Source of the DNA: a bacterium
GTDB lineage: Bacteria > Actinomycetota > Acidimicrobiia > Acidimicrobiales > Bin134
Assembly: GCA_026708015.1 (NCBI GenBank)
Contig: JAPOVT010000056.1
Location: 164,134 to 228,133, forward strand
Direction: 5' to 3'
Length of the DNA stretch: 64,000 nucleotides
Part shown: positions 47,404 through 56,661 of the stretch, one piece after another
How positions within the stretch are numbered: position 1 is the stretch's first letter
How the letters are laid out: each line of letters starts with the position of its first letter
Notes under the pieces: model-generated
What the model was told of the DNA's origin: nothing
Seen by the model: the letters and a program-made list of their open reading frames with translations, nothing else
Database searches by the model: none
Position numbers and translations under genes: made by a program

Positions 47404-48201
47404 TCAGAACTCCCTTAGGCGGGCGCTGGTCGGGTCCACCTCGGTTCGCAGAATGTGCAGTTCCTCGGCCGTGGGCTGAGCCGTCGTGGGAACCTCGCCA
47501 TCGGGCATCAGCACTTCGAATCCGGTGGCCTCCTGAACCTGTTCCGCGGTGACTTCTGGGTGCAGCGAGGCCAACCTCATCCTTTTGCTAACCGGCTCGA
47601 AATCGAACACGCACAAGTTGGTGATGCACAGCTGGGGTCCGCCGGGCATGCCCAAGCGTTCCCGGTGGTCGCCCCCGTCGCCCCAGCCCATGCCAGAACG
47701 GAAGTGAAGGTGCTCCACGAAGGTGCGGGGGTCGTGGGTGGACGACCACAAGTAGATGCGGGGGATCATGGCCCCGAGATCGGCCATCCCACCGCCGCCG
47801 GGCAGTCGCACTTTGGGGGCGTCGTAGGGGCCGATCACCGTGTTGTTCACGTTGCCGCAGGCGTCCATCTGCGCGCCCCGAAAAGCAAACGTGTTGTAGC
47901 GGGCTCCTTGGGCAAAGGCCCAGAAGTCGAAAGTGGAGTTGCTCAGCATCGAGGCCCCGGCCCACAGCGAATCCGACAAGGTGGAGTCGCCGATCTCGTC
48001 GGGGTCGGCATCGATGGCGATGGAGCTGGCCGCCCACACCAATTCTGGGGCGTGGGTGCGCCGGGCCAGCAGATAGCCGCACACCGGGATGAACGACACC
48101 GCGCCGTTGAAGGCCCGAGTGTCGTTGGACATGGCCCGGGAGAAGGTCACCACCATGAGCTCGTCCATGGTGCAGTGGTATCCGGGAACCGGGGTGCTCA
48201 T
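47404..48201 (-). CDS. CoA-transferase beta subunit (family I, IpdB/GctB-like)
   Basis: 265 aa from ATG 48201 (MSTPVPGYHCTMDELMVV...). ATGA overlap with the alpha subunit stop. The long upstream extension is rejected. Confidence 0.7.
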   Translation of the reverse strand: MSTPVPGYHCTMDELMVVTFSRAMSNDTRAFNGAVSFIPVCGYLLARRTHAPELVWAASSIAIDADPDEIGDSTLSDSLWAGASMLSNSTFDFWAFAQGARYNTFAFRGAQMDACGNVNNTVIGPYDAPKVRLPGGGGMADLGAMIPRIYLWSSTHDPRTFVEHLHFRSGMGWGDGGDHRERLGMPGGPQLCITNLCVFDFEPVSKRMRLASLHPEVTAEQVQEATGFEVLMPDGEVPTTAQPTAEELHILRTEVDPTSARLREF

Positions 48202-49067
48202 GCAGTCGCTCCCGTCGCCACATTGTTGACGGCCAGAAAATCCTCCCAGGTCTCCGGTCCGGCCACTCGTTCTTGGAAGAACTGAGTGAATGTCTCCCGG
48301 TTGCGGGCGGCCTGGGAATACGCCAAGAAGAACTCCGAGTCGTGGCTGTAGTCGGGAAAGCACGAACACGGGAAAGCGCCCCGGGGGGCCGGAGCCACCG
48401 CATCGATCATGAATCCCGGATAGGTTGTCCGCTCCGGTTCCGCGGTGAATGCCTCGGTACCCAAGGTTCGCTCCACCGACACCACCGAACGGGCGGCGGC
48501 GTTCACCACTTCGTTGTCCAACCACATCAGCTTGGGATTGACCCTGGTGTTGCCCCGGTCGTCGGCCTCGTGGGCGTGCACCAAGGCCACGTCCACCGGC
48601 AGGCGAGTGCAGGCCACATAGTGCTCTCCGGTGGGGCCGTCCTTCTCCTCCCGCACCGTCCCTGAAGCGGCGTGCAGTCCCAGCACGTCGGTGCCCAGGC
48701 CGGCTTTGGTGGGTATAAATGGCAAGTCGTGGCTCTGAGCCTGGAGGCGGCATACCAACAGGTGCTCGCTGTACTCCTCGATGGCCACCTGGCCCGACTG
48801 CACCGCGGCCCGGAAGTTGGGGGCCAGCCCCAAGCCCTCGAAACTGACCAGCCCCGAGATCACCCGGCGTACGCATTCACCGGCCACCAACCAGTCCACC
48901 GCCATGCCTGACACGATGGCCACCAGTTCGAGGTCCTTCTTCTCCTGGCGAACCAGCTCGCGCACCAACGCCATGGGGGCGCTGTTCATCGACATGCCGC
49001 CGATGGCCACAGTGGAACCGTCGGAAATGGACGCTGCTGCTTGTTCCAGAGTCGTTATCTTGCTCAT
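48198..49067 (-). CDS. CoA-transferase alpha subunit (family I, IpdA/GctA-like)
   Basis: 'ISDGSTVAIGGMSMNSAPMALVRELV', 'FIPTKAGLGTDV', 'IDAVAPAPRGAF', 'PDYSHDSEFF'. Resembles the M. tuberculosis IpdA layout as I remember it. Confidence 0.75.
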   Translation of the reverse strand: MSKITTLEQAAASISDGSTVAIGGMSMNSAPMALVRELVRQEKKDLELVAIVSGMAVDWLVAGECVRRVISGLVSFEGLGLAPNFRAAVQSGQVAIEEYSEHLLVCRLQAQSHDLPFIPTKAGLGTDVLGLHAASGTVREEKDGPTGEHYVACTRLPVDVALVHAHEADDRGNTRVNPKLMWLDNEVVNAAARSVVSVERTLGTEAFTAEPERTTYPGFMIDAVAPAPRGAFPCSCFPDYSHDSEFFLAYSQAARNRETFTQFFQERVAGPETWEDFLAVNNVATGATA

Positions 49068-49117
49068 CGAATCTTCTGGCCCTCTTGGTGCCTCTGTTCT
49101 TGCCGTTCTTGCAGTCC

Positions 49118-49132
49118 GCCGTACTATACGGC
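49118..49132. promoter_or_regulatory. 15-bp palindrome GCCGTA-cta-TACGGC, 2 nt upstream of the P450 ATG
   Basis: Lies in the 67-bp divergent intergenic region between the CoA-transferase operon and the P450. Candidate operator only; no regulator gene is adjacent. Confidence 0.25.
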
Positions 49133-49134
49133 CC

Positions 49135-50358
49135 ATGACTGCTGCCCCAGACATCCTCTCACCCGAGTACGACGCCAACCCCTACCCGTTCTATGAGGTG
49201 CTGCGCAACGAGCATCCCGTGATGTGGCACGAGGGCACCCAGGCCTACGTGATCAGCCGCTATGAGGACGTGGCCGGGGCGTTTCGCAACCCCCAGATCT
49301 CCAGTCGGAACTACGAATGGCAGACCGAGCCGGTACACGGACGCACCATTTTGCAAATGGAGGGGAAAGAGCACTCGTCCTATCGGGGCATCGTCAACCC
49401 CATCTTCCGGGGCAGCTACCTAGAGCAGAGCATCGTGCCGGCCATCACCAAAGCAGCCCGCCAACAGATTGGCGAATTCCTGGCCGACGGCGAGGTGGAT
49501 CTGTGCAAGCGGTTCAGCACCTACTATCCGATCGGGGTGATCGTGCAACTCCTCGACCTGCCGATGGAGGACGTGCCCCAGTTCTACGAGTGGTACACGA
49601 TGATCATGGACTTCGTGTCCAACATCACCGGCGACGAGGAGAAGAATCGCCGGGGCATGGCCGCTCGGGAGGAGATGGGGGAGTACCTCATGCCCAAGAT
49701 CGCCGAACGGCGGGCCAGCCCAGGCGACGACCTGCTCACCGCCATGGTGACCAAGGAGTTCGACGGGGTGCAGATGACCGACGACGACATCCGCGGCTTT
49801 TGCAGCCTGTTGCTGACCGCGGGCGGGGAGACCACCGAGAAGGCCATCACGCTGACCATGCGGAACCTGCTGGACAACCCCGAGCAGATGGCCGAGGTGC
49901 GGGCCGACCGCCAGCTCATCGGCAGCGCTTTTGCCGAGACGCTGCGCTTCACCGGGCCGGTGCAGATGATCATGCGCCACACCGATGAGCCGGTTGAGTT
50001 TTCCGGGGGCAAGGTGGAGGCGGGCTACACCCTGGAGTTGCTGCTGGGGGCCGCCAACCGGGACCCGGAGGCGTTCGGCGAGCCTGACCGGTTCAACATC
50101 CACCGCACTGACATGGAGTTCGACAAGGCGTTCACCGCCGCGGCCGATCACACGGCGTTCGCCCTGGGCCGCCACTTCTGTGTGGGGTCGATGCTGGCCC
50201 GGGCCGAGCTGACCGTGGCCCTGGATGCTTTGCTGGACGCCATGGACGACATCGCCTATGCCGACGGTTACGAACAAGTGGAGACTGGCGTGTACACCCG
50301 GGGGCTGACCTCGCTGCCGCTGACGTTTACGCCGAATCCGAATTTCGTTGCCGGCTAG
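49135..50358 (+). CDS. cytochrome P450 (paralog of 31783-33033)
   Basis: 'LLLTAGGETTEKAI', 'AETLRF', 'FALGRHFCVGSMLA'. Shares 'FVSNI', 'EYLMP.IAERR..PG.DLL' with the first P450. Confidence 0.9.
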   Translation: MTAAPDILSPEYDANPYPFYEVLRNEHPVMWHEGTQAYVISRYEDVAGAFRNPQISSRNYEWQTEPVHGRTILQMEGKEHSSYRGIVNPIFRGSYLEQSIVPAITKAARQQIGEFLADGEVDLCKRFSTYYPIGVIVQLLDLPMEDVPQFYEWYTMIMDFVSNITGDEEKNRRGMAAREEMGEYLMPKIAERRASPGDDLLTAMVTKEFDGVQMTDDDIRGFCSLLLTAGGETTEKAITLTMRNLLDNPEQMAEVRADRQLIGSAFAETLRFTGPVQMIMRHTDEPVEFSGGKVEAGYTLELLLGAANRDPEAFGEPDRFNIHRTDMEFDKAFTAAADHTAFALGRHFCVGSMLARAELTVALDALLDAMDDIAYADGYEQVETGVYTRGLTSLPLTFTPNPNFVAG

Positions 50359-51968
50359 CGGGGGACCACGTAGCCCGCGTCGTCGCGATCCCAAGTATCG
50401 GCAGTGATGCCCTCTTCGCGGAGCTTGAACTTTTGGACCCGCTCTGAGGGGGTCTTGGGCAAGTCATCGCACCAGCGCACGTAGCGGGGCACGGCGAAGT
50501 GGGCCATGCGGGGCACGCAGAAGTCCAGCAGCTCGGTCTCGGAAAGCTCGTGATCGGGCTTGAGCACCACCACGGCCATCACCTCTTCTTCGCCCAGCTC
50601 GGAAGGCACGCCGATAACCGCTGACTCCAGTACCGCGTCGCAGGTGTTGATAACCGCCTCCACTTCGTAGGAGGAGATGTTCTCGCCCCGGCGGCGCACG
50701 CAATCCTTCATGCGGTCAATGAAAGTCAGGTAGCCGTCCTCGTCGAGGCGGCCCCGGTCGCCGGTGTGGAACCACAGATTGCGGAACGCCTTAACCGTGG
50801 CGTCGGGCATGTCGAAGTAGTTGTCGATCATTATGTGGGGCTTCTTGGGCCGCACCACGATCTCGCCCGCAGTTCCGGGGGGCACCGGTTGGTCTTCGGG
50901 ATCTACCACCTGCACGTGGTACAGGGCCGACTCTCGACCTGCGGTGCCGATCTTGCGCATACCCCGGCGGTTCTCGGTGGTGATGGCCACCTCGGTCATG
51001 CCGTACACCTCGCTGAGGTGGACCCCGAAACGCTCCTCGAACGGTTCCCAAATCTCAATCGGGCAGGGAGCGCCGAAGCCGTTGCGCACCGGATTGTCGG
51101 CGTCGTCGGGCCGCTCGGGCTGCTTCCACAGCATCATGATCAGGCCGCCCTGGTAATTGAAGGCGGTGATGCCCTCGGCCCGGCAGCGGTCCCAGAAACG
51201 GCTGGCCGAGAACCGCCGGTCCATGATGAGGCGGGCGTCGGCCTCCATGGCGCACATCACGCTGGTGTACTTGGCGTTGATGTGGAACAGCGGGAAGGCG
51301 GTGTAGAGCACGTCTTCCCTGTCGTAGCCCACCAAGTCCACCGTGTGTCGGGCCAAATTGAGGTTGGCCTCGTGGCACAGCATTACGCCTTTGGACGGCC
51401 CAGTGGTGCCCGACGTGTACAAGATGACCGCGGTATCCCGGTAGTCCACGTCGGGCTCGGGAGCAGGGGAGTCGAGGTAGAGGTCGGCCAGCTCGTGGAC
51501 GGTGACGTGGCCGGGGAAGTCCGGAATGCCGACGTCCTCTGTGCCCTCGGCTCGGTTGACCACCACGTGCTCGAGGCCGGGCAAACTTGGGGCCGCCTCG
51601 GCGATGCGGTCGAGGTAGTCGGCGTCGCACACCACCGCCGAGGAACGGGATTGGCTGATCAGGTACTCCAGCAGGTGGCCCCGGTAGGCCTGATTGATGG
51701 GCACCTCCACCACCCCGGCCTTGTTCATGGCGAACCAGGCGTCGATGCACTCCAGTGAGTTCTGCATCATTAGGCAAGCCCGGTCGCCCGGACCCAATTC
51801 CAGGGAGGTCAAACCAGCAGCCAAGCGGTCGGAATCCAGATGGACCCCGGCGTAGGTCTTATCCCTCCCCTCCACGGTCAGCGCCAAGCGGTCGCCGTTG
51901 GCCTGGGCTTTGTGGCCGATCCAGGCGCCGATGGTGCGCGGCTGGGCTGATTTGGAAGAAGAGCTCAT
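50355..51968 (-). CDS. AMP-dependent acyl-CoA synthetase/ligase
   Basis: 'ILYTSGTTGPSKGVM', 'WFHTGDRGRLDEDGYLTFIDRMKDCVRRRGENIS'. Start at ATG 51968. Its stop overlaps the P450 stop (CTAG). Confidence 0.85.
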   Translation of the reverse strand: MSSSSKSAQPRTIGAWIGHKAQANGDRLALTVEGRDKTYAGVHLDSDRLAAGLTSLELGPGDRACLMMQNSLECIDAWFAMNKAGVVEVPINQAYRGHLLEYLISQSRSSAVVCDADYLDRIAEAAPSLPGLEHVVVNRAEGTEDVGIPDFPGHVTVHELADLYLDSPAPEPDVDYRDTAVILYTSGTTGPSKGVMLCHEANLNLARHTVDLVGYDREDVLYTAFPLFHINAKYTSVMCAMEADARLIMDRRFSASRFWDRCRAEGITAFNYQGGLIMMLWKQPERPDDADNPVRNGFGAPCPIEIWEPFEERFGVHLSEVYGMTEVAITTENRRGMRKIGTAGRESALYHVQVVDPEDQPVPPGTAGEIVVRPKKPHIMIDNYFDMPDATVKAFRNLWFHTGDRGRLDEDGYLTFIDRMKDCVRRRGENISSYEVEAVINTCDAVLESAVIGVPSELGEEEVMAVVVLKPDHELSETELLDFCVPRMAHFAVPRYVRWCDDLPKTPSERVQKFKLREEGITADTWDRDDAGYVVPR

Positions 51969-51979
51969 GGTCGCCCCCG

Positions 51980-52762
51980 TCAGTTCAGCACTTCGGGGGC
52001 CTCGCGCAGCAGTCGCCGCACCGCCCCCTCCCAGTAGTACCGAACCGTCATGTGATGGCTGTTGACCGCGGCCTTCAGGGTGGGGCGTTGTTCGGGGGGT
52101 ATCGGCACCGGGGTTTGGCCAACCTGCATGGCGCCGTAATTGAGCCGGCACACCCGCTCGAAGTTCGAGGCCCGGTACACGGCCTGCTCGGTGGTCTCCC
52201 CGGCGATGAGCACCCCGTGGTTGGCCAAGATCACCGCGGTGGCGCTGCCCACCGCGTCGGCCATGTGCTGGCCGCCGGCGGCGTCGTCCACACCGCCGGT
52301 ATAGGTGCCGAACAGGGCGATGTCGCCGTCGAACATGCAGGCCTGCTGGTCGGTGATCTCGGGCAGCTTGTGCATGGTTGACAGGAGGCTGCCGTAGTAG
52401 GGGTGGTTGTGGATCACCACTCGGGCGTCGGGGCGAGCCCGGTGCATCTCAGTGTGGATGAACACCGCCGGGGTGACATCCCAGCGGCCTTCCAGCACTT
52501 CGCCATCGGCGTCAATCATCAAGATGTCGGAGGCGGTGATCTCGTTCCACCACAGCCCATAGGGGGTACACCACATGGAGCCGTCGTCGGCATCGTCTCG
52601 CACGACGGTGATGTGCCCGGCCACATCCAGCGCATACCCCTCGGTGTCGAGGATGCGGGCGGCGCAGGCGATCTTCTGGGGCACAGTGAGCGGCTGGTCT
52701 AGTCCGGGCATCACCCGGGGAAATCCGCTTTGTCCGGCGATGGCTTCGTCAAGCTTGCCCAT
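51980..52762 (-). CDS. class II aldolase / adducin-domain protein
   Basis: 'DVAGHITV', 'IHTEMHRARPD...VIHNHPYYG', 'ILANHGVLIAGET'. Confidence 0.75.
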   Translation of the reverse strand: MGKLDEAIAGQSGFPRVMPGLDQPLTVPQKIACAARILDTEGYALDVAGHITVVRDDADDGSMWCTPYGLWWNEITASDILMIDADGEVLEGRWDVTPAVFIHTEMHRARPDARVVIHNHPYYGSLLSTMHKLPEITDQQACMFDGDIALFGTYTGGVDDAAGGQHMADAVGSATAVILANHGVLIAGETTEQAVYRASNFERVCRLNYGAMQVGQTPVPIPPEQRPTLKAAVNSHHMTVRYYWEGAVRRLLREAPEVLN

Positions 52763-52826
52763 ACCCTGCTAGATAGCACACTTGGAAGCTGCTCAAAGAA
52801 TGTGAGAACACCGGGAGGGGCGGGCT

Positions 52827-53411
52827 ATGGGCTGGAGAACAATGGGCGATGCCGGATATCCGGCCCGTTTGGACTCGAATCCGGCGGTGTCGCCGCGCAT
52901 TCAACGGTGGGATCACATCGGGATCGCAGTGCGCTCCATCGAGGCTGCCGTGCCGCTGTTTCGGGATGTGTTCGGCGGGCAGTTCGTAATGGGGGGCGAC
53001 GACGTGCCGCTCGACATCCGCACCGCCATGTTCAAGCTGCCCGACACCGTGAAGGTGGAGCTGCTGGAGCCGCTAAACGAGCAGAGCTACCTGCGCCGCT
53101 TCATCGATAAACACGGGGAGGGGTTCCACCACGTGACCATCTTCGTGGACGACGTGGAAGCTGCCATCGTGGACCTAGAGGCCACCGGCTATGAGGTGGT
53201 GGATACCGACCTGAGCGAACCCCACTGGCGGGAGACCTATGTGCGGCCCAAGTCAGGGCACGGCTGCCTGTTCCAGATCGTCGACTCTGAGATCGACTGG
53301 CTCGAGCCCCATCCGCACTGCACAGTCGAGGATGTGATCGCGGGGAAGTGGCGTTGGTGGAGGAGCCAAATCTGGCACGTCGACCAATTGCCCGACGGCT
53401 ATAGCGAGTAG
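52827..53411 (+). CDS. VOC (glyoxalase/epimerase-like) family protein
   Basis: 'WDHIGIAVRSIEAAVPLFRDVFGG', 'VELLEP', 'GEGFHHVTIFVDDVEAA'. Start uncertain. Confidence 0.7.
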   Translation: MGWRTMGDAGYPARLDSNPAVSPRIQRWDHIGIAVRSIEAAVPLFRDVFGGQFVMGGDDVPLDIRTAMFKLPDTVKVELLEPLNEQSYLRRFIDKHGEGFHHVTIFVDDVEAAIVDLEATGYEVVDTDLSEPHWRETYVRPKSGHGCLFQIVDSEIDWLEPHPHCTVEDVIAGKWRWWRSQIWHVDQLPDGYSE

Positions 53412-53415
53412 GGGG

Positions 53416-55074
53416 TTACAGCCCCAGTTCGGCTTGGAGCTTTTCGGCTAGGCGGAATTTCTGGATCTTGGTGGCGGACATGGGCCATTCGTTGGGAGCC
53501 ACGAACTGGACGTGGCGGGGGATCTTGAAGCTGGCGATCTGGCCTCGGCAGAACTCGATCAGCTCCTCCTCAGTGGCCTCGGCGTCGGGCTTGAGCTCGA
53601 CGAATGCCGCTGGCACCTCGGCGTACTTCTCGTCGGGCAGGGGGACCACCTGGGCGATGGCCACCGCCGGGTGGGTTTGGAGGTAGCTCTCGATCTCCAC
53701 CGCGGCCACGTTCTCGCCGCCCACCTTGAGCATGTCCTTGGTGCGACCCAGATAGCTGATGCGCCCATCCGGGTCGAGCGAGCCGATGTCGCCGGTGAAG
53801 AACCAGCCCTCCTCGTCGAAGCACTCGGCGTTCTTCTCCGGGTCCTTGTAGTAGCCCTCGAACACGTTGTAGCCCCGCACCCAGATCTCTCCCGGTTGGT
53901 TGGGCTCAGAGAGCGTTTCTCGGGTTTCGAGGTTCTTGATCTTGACCTCGATGCCCCGGAACGGGCGGCCCGACGACACCGCCCAGGTCTCCGGCGGGTC
54001 GTCGGGGCCGGAGAAGGACACCACGCCGCCGCACTCGGTGAGTCCGTAGGCATTCACATGGCGGGCCCAGGGGAGCAGGGCGTGGATGGCCCGCAGGGCA
54101 TCGGGCGGTGCCACGTTGTTCATCAGCCGGATGCGCTGGAACTCGTCGGAGTCCCAGTCGGGGTGGTTGATCATGGCCTGGGTGACCGGAGGGAAGGTGG
54201 AGAAGCACACGGTGGCCTTCTCATCCCGCATCTGCGCGATGGCCTCGGCTGGGTCGAAGTGGGTGATGGTCACGTAGGACGACCCCGCGTCCAGGCAGCC
54301 GATGAGAGGGAGAATCGAGCTCATGTGGAACAGGGGGAGCGGGTCCCAGAACACGTCGGTGTCGGTCAGCTCGAACCGGGACCGGCATGCCGTGACCGCG
54401 GTGCGCACCAGCGACTCGTGGTTCAAGGGGCAGCCCTTGGGCTCTGCGGTGGTGCCCGAGGTGTAGATCATGAGGGCCTCGTTGCGGATGGCCACCCGGG
54501 TACGGAGCAACTCCACCTCGTCGTCTGTGGCATCGTCGGCGAGGGCTTCGAACGCAGACCGGTCCACCATTCCGGCCGGGGAAGAACTGCCCAGCAGCAC
54601 TACTGCCTTCAGCTCGGGAGCAACATCGAGATCGAGATTGGCCGGATCAGCAGCTTCTGCCAGACCGGGCAGGCAGTCGTGGAGGATCACCACATAGTCG
54701 GTGAACTGGTCGATGATGTCGCTGGTGACCAGTACCTTCAGGTCGGCGTTCTCGGTGACGTAGGCCAATTCCCGCCCCTTGAAGCGGGCATTGATGGGAA
54801 CCGGAACCGCGCCAATGAGCGCCACTCCAAACATCACCTCGATGAAGTCCATGCAGTTGGGCATGAGGATCCCCACCCGGTCTTGGGGTCGAACCCCTAG
54901 CCCCAAAAGCGACCGAGCCGACCGCCTGGCCGCGGCCTCCAACGAGTTGAAGCTGTGCCGGGTATCGGGAAACACCACCGCGTCCTGGTCCCCATACAAC
55001 GCAGCCCCCCGCACCACCAGATCGCCATACGTGGTCACGTCAACCCAAGTGCTCATCCCCGTAGCTTCGCGCAC
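53416..55074 (-). CDS. AMP-dependent acyl-CoA synthetase/ligase
   Basis: 'MIYTSGTTAEPKGC', 'WFFTGDIGSLDPDGRISYLGRTKDMLKVGGENVA', 'TKIQKFRL'. ATG 55056 is an alternative start. Confidence 0.85.
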   Translation of the reverse strand: MREATGMSTWVDVTTYGDLVVRGAALYGDQDAVVFPDTRHSFNSLEAAARRSARSLLGLGVRPQDRVGILMPNCMDFIEVMFGVALIGAVPVPINARFKGRELAYVTENADLKVLVTSDIIDQFTDYVVILHDCLPGLAEAADPANLDLDVAPELKAVVLLGSSSPAGMVDRSAFEALADDATDDEVELLRTRVAIRNEALMIYTSGTTAEPKGCPLNHESLVRTAVTACRSRFELTDTDVFWDPLPLFHMSSILPLIGCLDAGSSYVTITHFDPAEAIAQMRDEKATVCFSTFPPVTQAMINHPDWDSDEFQRIRLMNNVAPPDALRAIHALLPWARHVNAYGLTECGGVVSFSGPDDPPETWAVSSGRPFRGIEVKIKNLETRETLSEPNQPGEIWVRGYNVFEGYYKDPEKNAECFDEEGWFFTGDIGSLDPDGRISYLGRTKDMLKVGGENVAAVEIESYLQTHPAVAIAQVVPLPDEKYAEVPAAFVELKPDAEATEEELIEFCRGQIASFKIPRHVQFVAPNEWPMSATKIQKFRLAEKLQAELGL

Positions 55075-55156
55075 CCTGCCAGTTTGTTGCCTCCCCAGGA
55101 GATGGAGAGATCGAAAAATGTATAGGTGTTGTCACTTTTCGGCTATTTTTGTCGAC

Positions 55157-56305
55157 ATGGTGTACACAAGGCTCTTGGCGGTTCCCGACAGGAGCTTCTT
55201 TCTGTTCGGCGTGCGAGGCGTGGGCAAGAGCACATGGGTGCGCATGATGTTGCCTGAAGCCACCCGCTTCGACCTGCTGGACGAGGCGCTGTTCACTGAT
55301 CTGCTGGCCGATCCAGCGTTGTTCGGGAACCTCTTGTCAGGCGTTGAGCCAGGACACTGGGTGGTAGTGGACGAAGTGCAGCGCATACCCGCACTGCTCA
55401 ATGAGGTTCACCGCCAGATTGAAGAACGAGGTATTCGCTTTGCATTACTGGGCTCCAGCGCCCGGAAACTCAAGACTGCGGGCACGAATCTGCTGGCTGG
55501 GCGGGCAGCTCGCAAGGCCATGTATCCGCTCACTCCGGCCGAATTGGGTGGCGATTTCGATCTAGACGAGGCCCTTCGCTTTGGAACCATCCCTCTGGTT
55601 TGGGCCGCCGATGACCGCCGTGAAGTCTTGGAGAGCTACACCCAGCTCTATCTTCGCGAGGAGATCAGAGCTGAGGCCGCGGTGCGGAATCTGCCCGGTT
55701 TCATTCGATTCCTCCCGGTGGCCGCGCTGATGCATGCCCAGACGCTCAATGTGGTTGGCTTGGCACGAGACACAGGAGTTGCCCGTCCCACCGTGGCCGG
55801 CTATCTGGAGGTGCTAGAAGACACACTGCTCGTAACCCGCTTGGAGGCGTTCGAGGCCAAACTCCGGGTGCGAGAGCGACGACGTCCCAAGCTCTATTGG
55901 GTCGACCCCGGCTTGGTGAGAGCAGCGAAGCGACAACTCGATCCGGTGACCGCCGAAGAGCGAGGCGCGTTGTTGGAGGGCTGGGTCTATGGGCTTCTAA
56001 GGGCCCACAACGAAACCCAAGCGATCTTCGATGCCATTGCCTATTGGTCGCCCACCGAGTCGGATGCTGAGGTCGACTTCCTGCTCACTCGCGGCAATGA
56101 GCATCTCGCCCTCGAAGTCAAGGCCTCGACCGGCTACAACACCACCATGCTGAAGGGCCTGCGAGCCATCGACGGCCTGGCTGGCTTGACACGCCGCATC
56201 CTTATCTACAACGGCACCCGCGACTTCCGAACCGAAGACGGGATCCACGTCTGGCCCGTCGACCAATTTCACGAAGCTCTCACCACTGACCGGCTTTGGC
56301 CCTGA
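55157..56305 (+). CDS. AAA-type ATPase with DUF4143-like C-terminal PD-(D/E)xK module
   Basis: Walker A 'GVRGVGKST', Walker B 'WVVVDEVQ'. C-terminal 'AEVDFLLTRGNEHLALEVKAS' (D...ExK). Start at ATG 55157 after an AT-rich leader. Confidence 0.75.
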   Translation: MVYTRLLAVPDRSFFLFGVRGVGKSTWVRMMLPEATRFDLLDEALFTDLLADPALFGNLLSGVEPGHWVVVDEVQRIPALLNEVHRQIEERGIRFALLGSSARKLKTAGTNLLAGRAARKAMYPLTPAELGGDFDLDEALRFGTIPLVWAADDRREVLESYTQLYLREEIRAEAAVRNLPGFIRFLPVAALMHAQTLNVVGLARDTGVARPTVAGYLEVLEDTLLVTRLEAFEAKLRVRERRRPKLYWVDPGLVRAAKRQLDPVTAEERGALLEGWVYGLLRAHNETQAIFDAIAYWSPTESDAEVDFLLTRGNEHLALEVKASTGYNTTMLKGLRAIDGLAGLTRRILIYNGTRDFRTEDGIHVWPVDQFHEALTTDRLWP

Positions 56306-56348
56306 GCAGTTACTGCGCCGTGTTTCCATGTTCTGGTAGACACAGTTT

Positions 56349-56561
56349 GTGGACCTGGTTATCAAGAACCTCGACGAAGAAGTTGCCCGGCGACTGGAGG
56401 AGCAGGCAGTTGCCGCTGGGGTACCGCTGCATTGGCATGTGCAAAACGAGCTAGCTCGTATTGCTTCCCGACTCTCACCTGCTGAGCTGGTCAGTGGCCG
56501 TCAGCCGATGAACCGATCAGAGTTCGAGGCCATACGGCAGCGCTTGCGTAGTCAGGCCTGA
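56349..56561 (+). CDS. ribbon-helix-helix (Arc/FitA/VapB-like) small protein
   Basis: GTG start. 'VDLVIKNLDEEVARRLEEQAVAAGVPLHWHVQNELARIA' fits the RHH antitoxin/regulator pattern. No PIN or other toxin gene follows. Confidence 0.5.
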   Translation: MDLVIKNLDEEVARRLEEQAVAAGVPLHWHVQNELARIASRLSPAELVSGRQPMNRSEFEAIRQRLRSQA

Positions 56562-56661
56562 CAATTCATACTGCGCGAAAGTGTCTCTCGCTTTCAGATA
56601 ATGACATAAGTGTGAGTTGGAATCGCACTACCGTCTACACCAAGGAAGCGAGGGACCGAGG

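Noticed and set aside
53512-54900. 462-aa ORF on the plus strand
   Set aside because: It lies antisense to an acyl-CoA synthetase whose AMP-binding motifs are intact. Similar antisense ORFs were rejected for the same reason at 17829-18830, 25686-26594, 40110-40985, 49420-50394 and 50766-51758.
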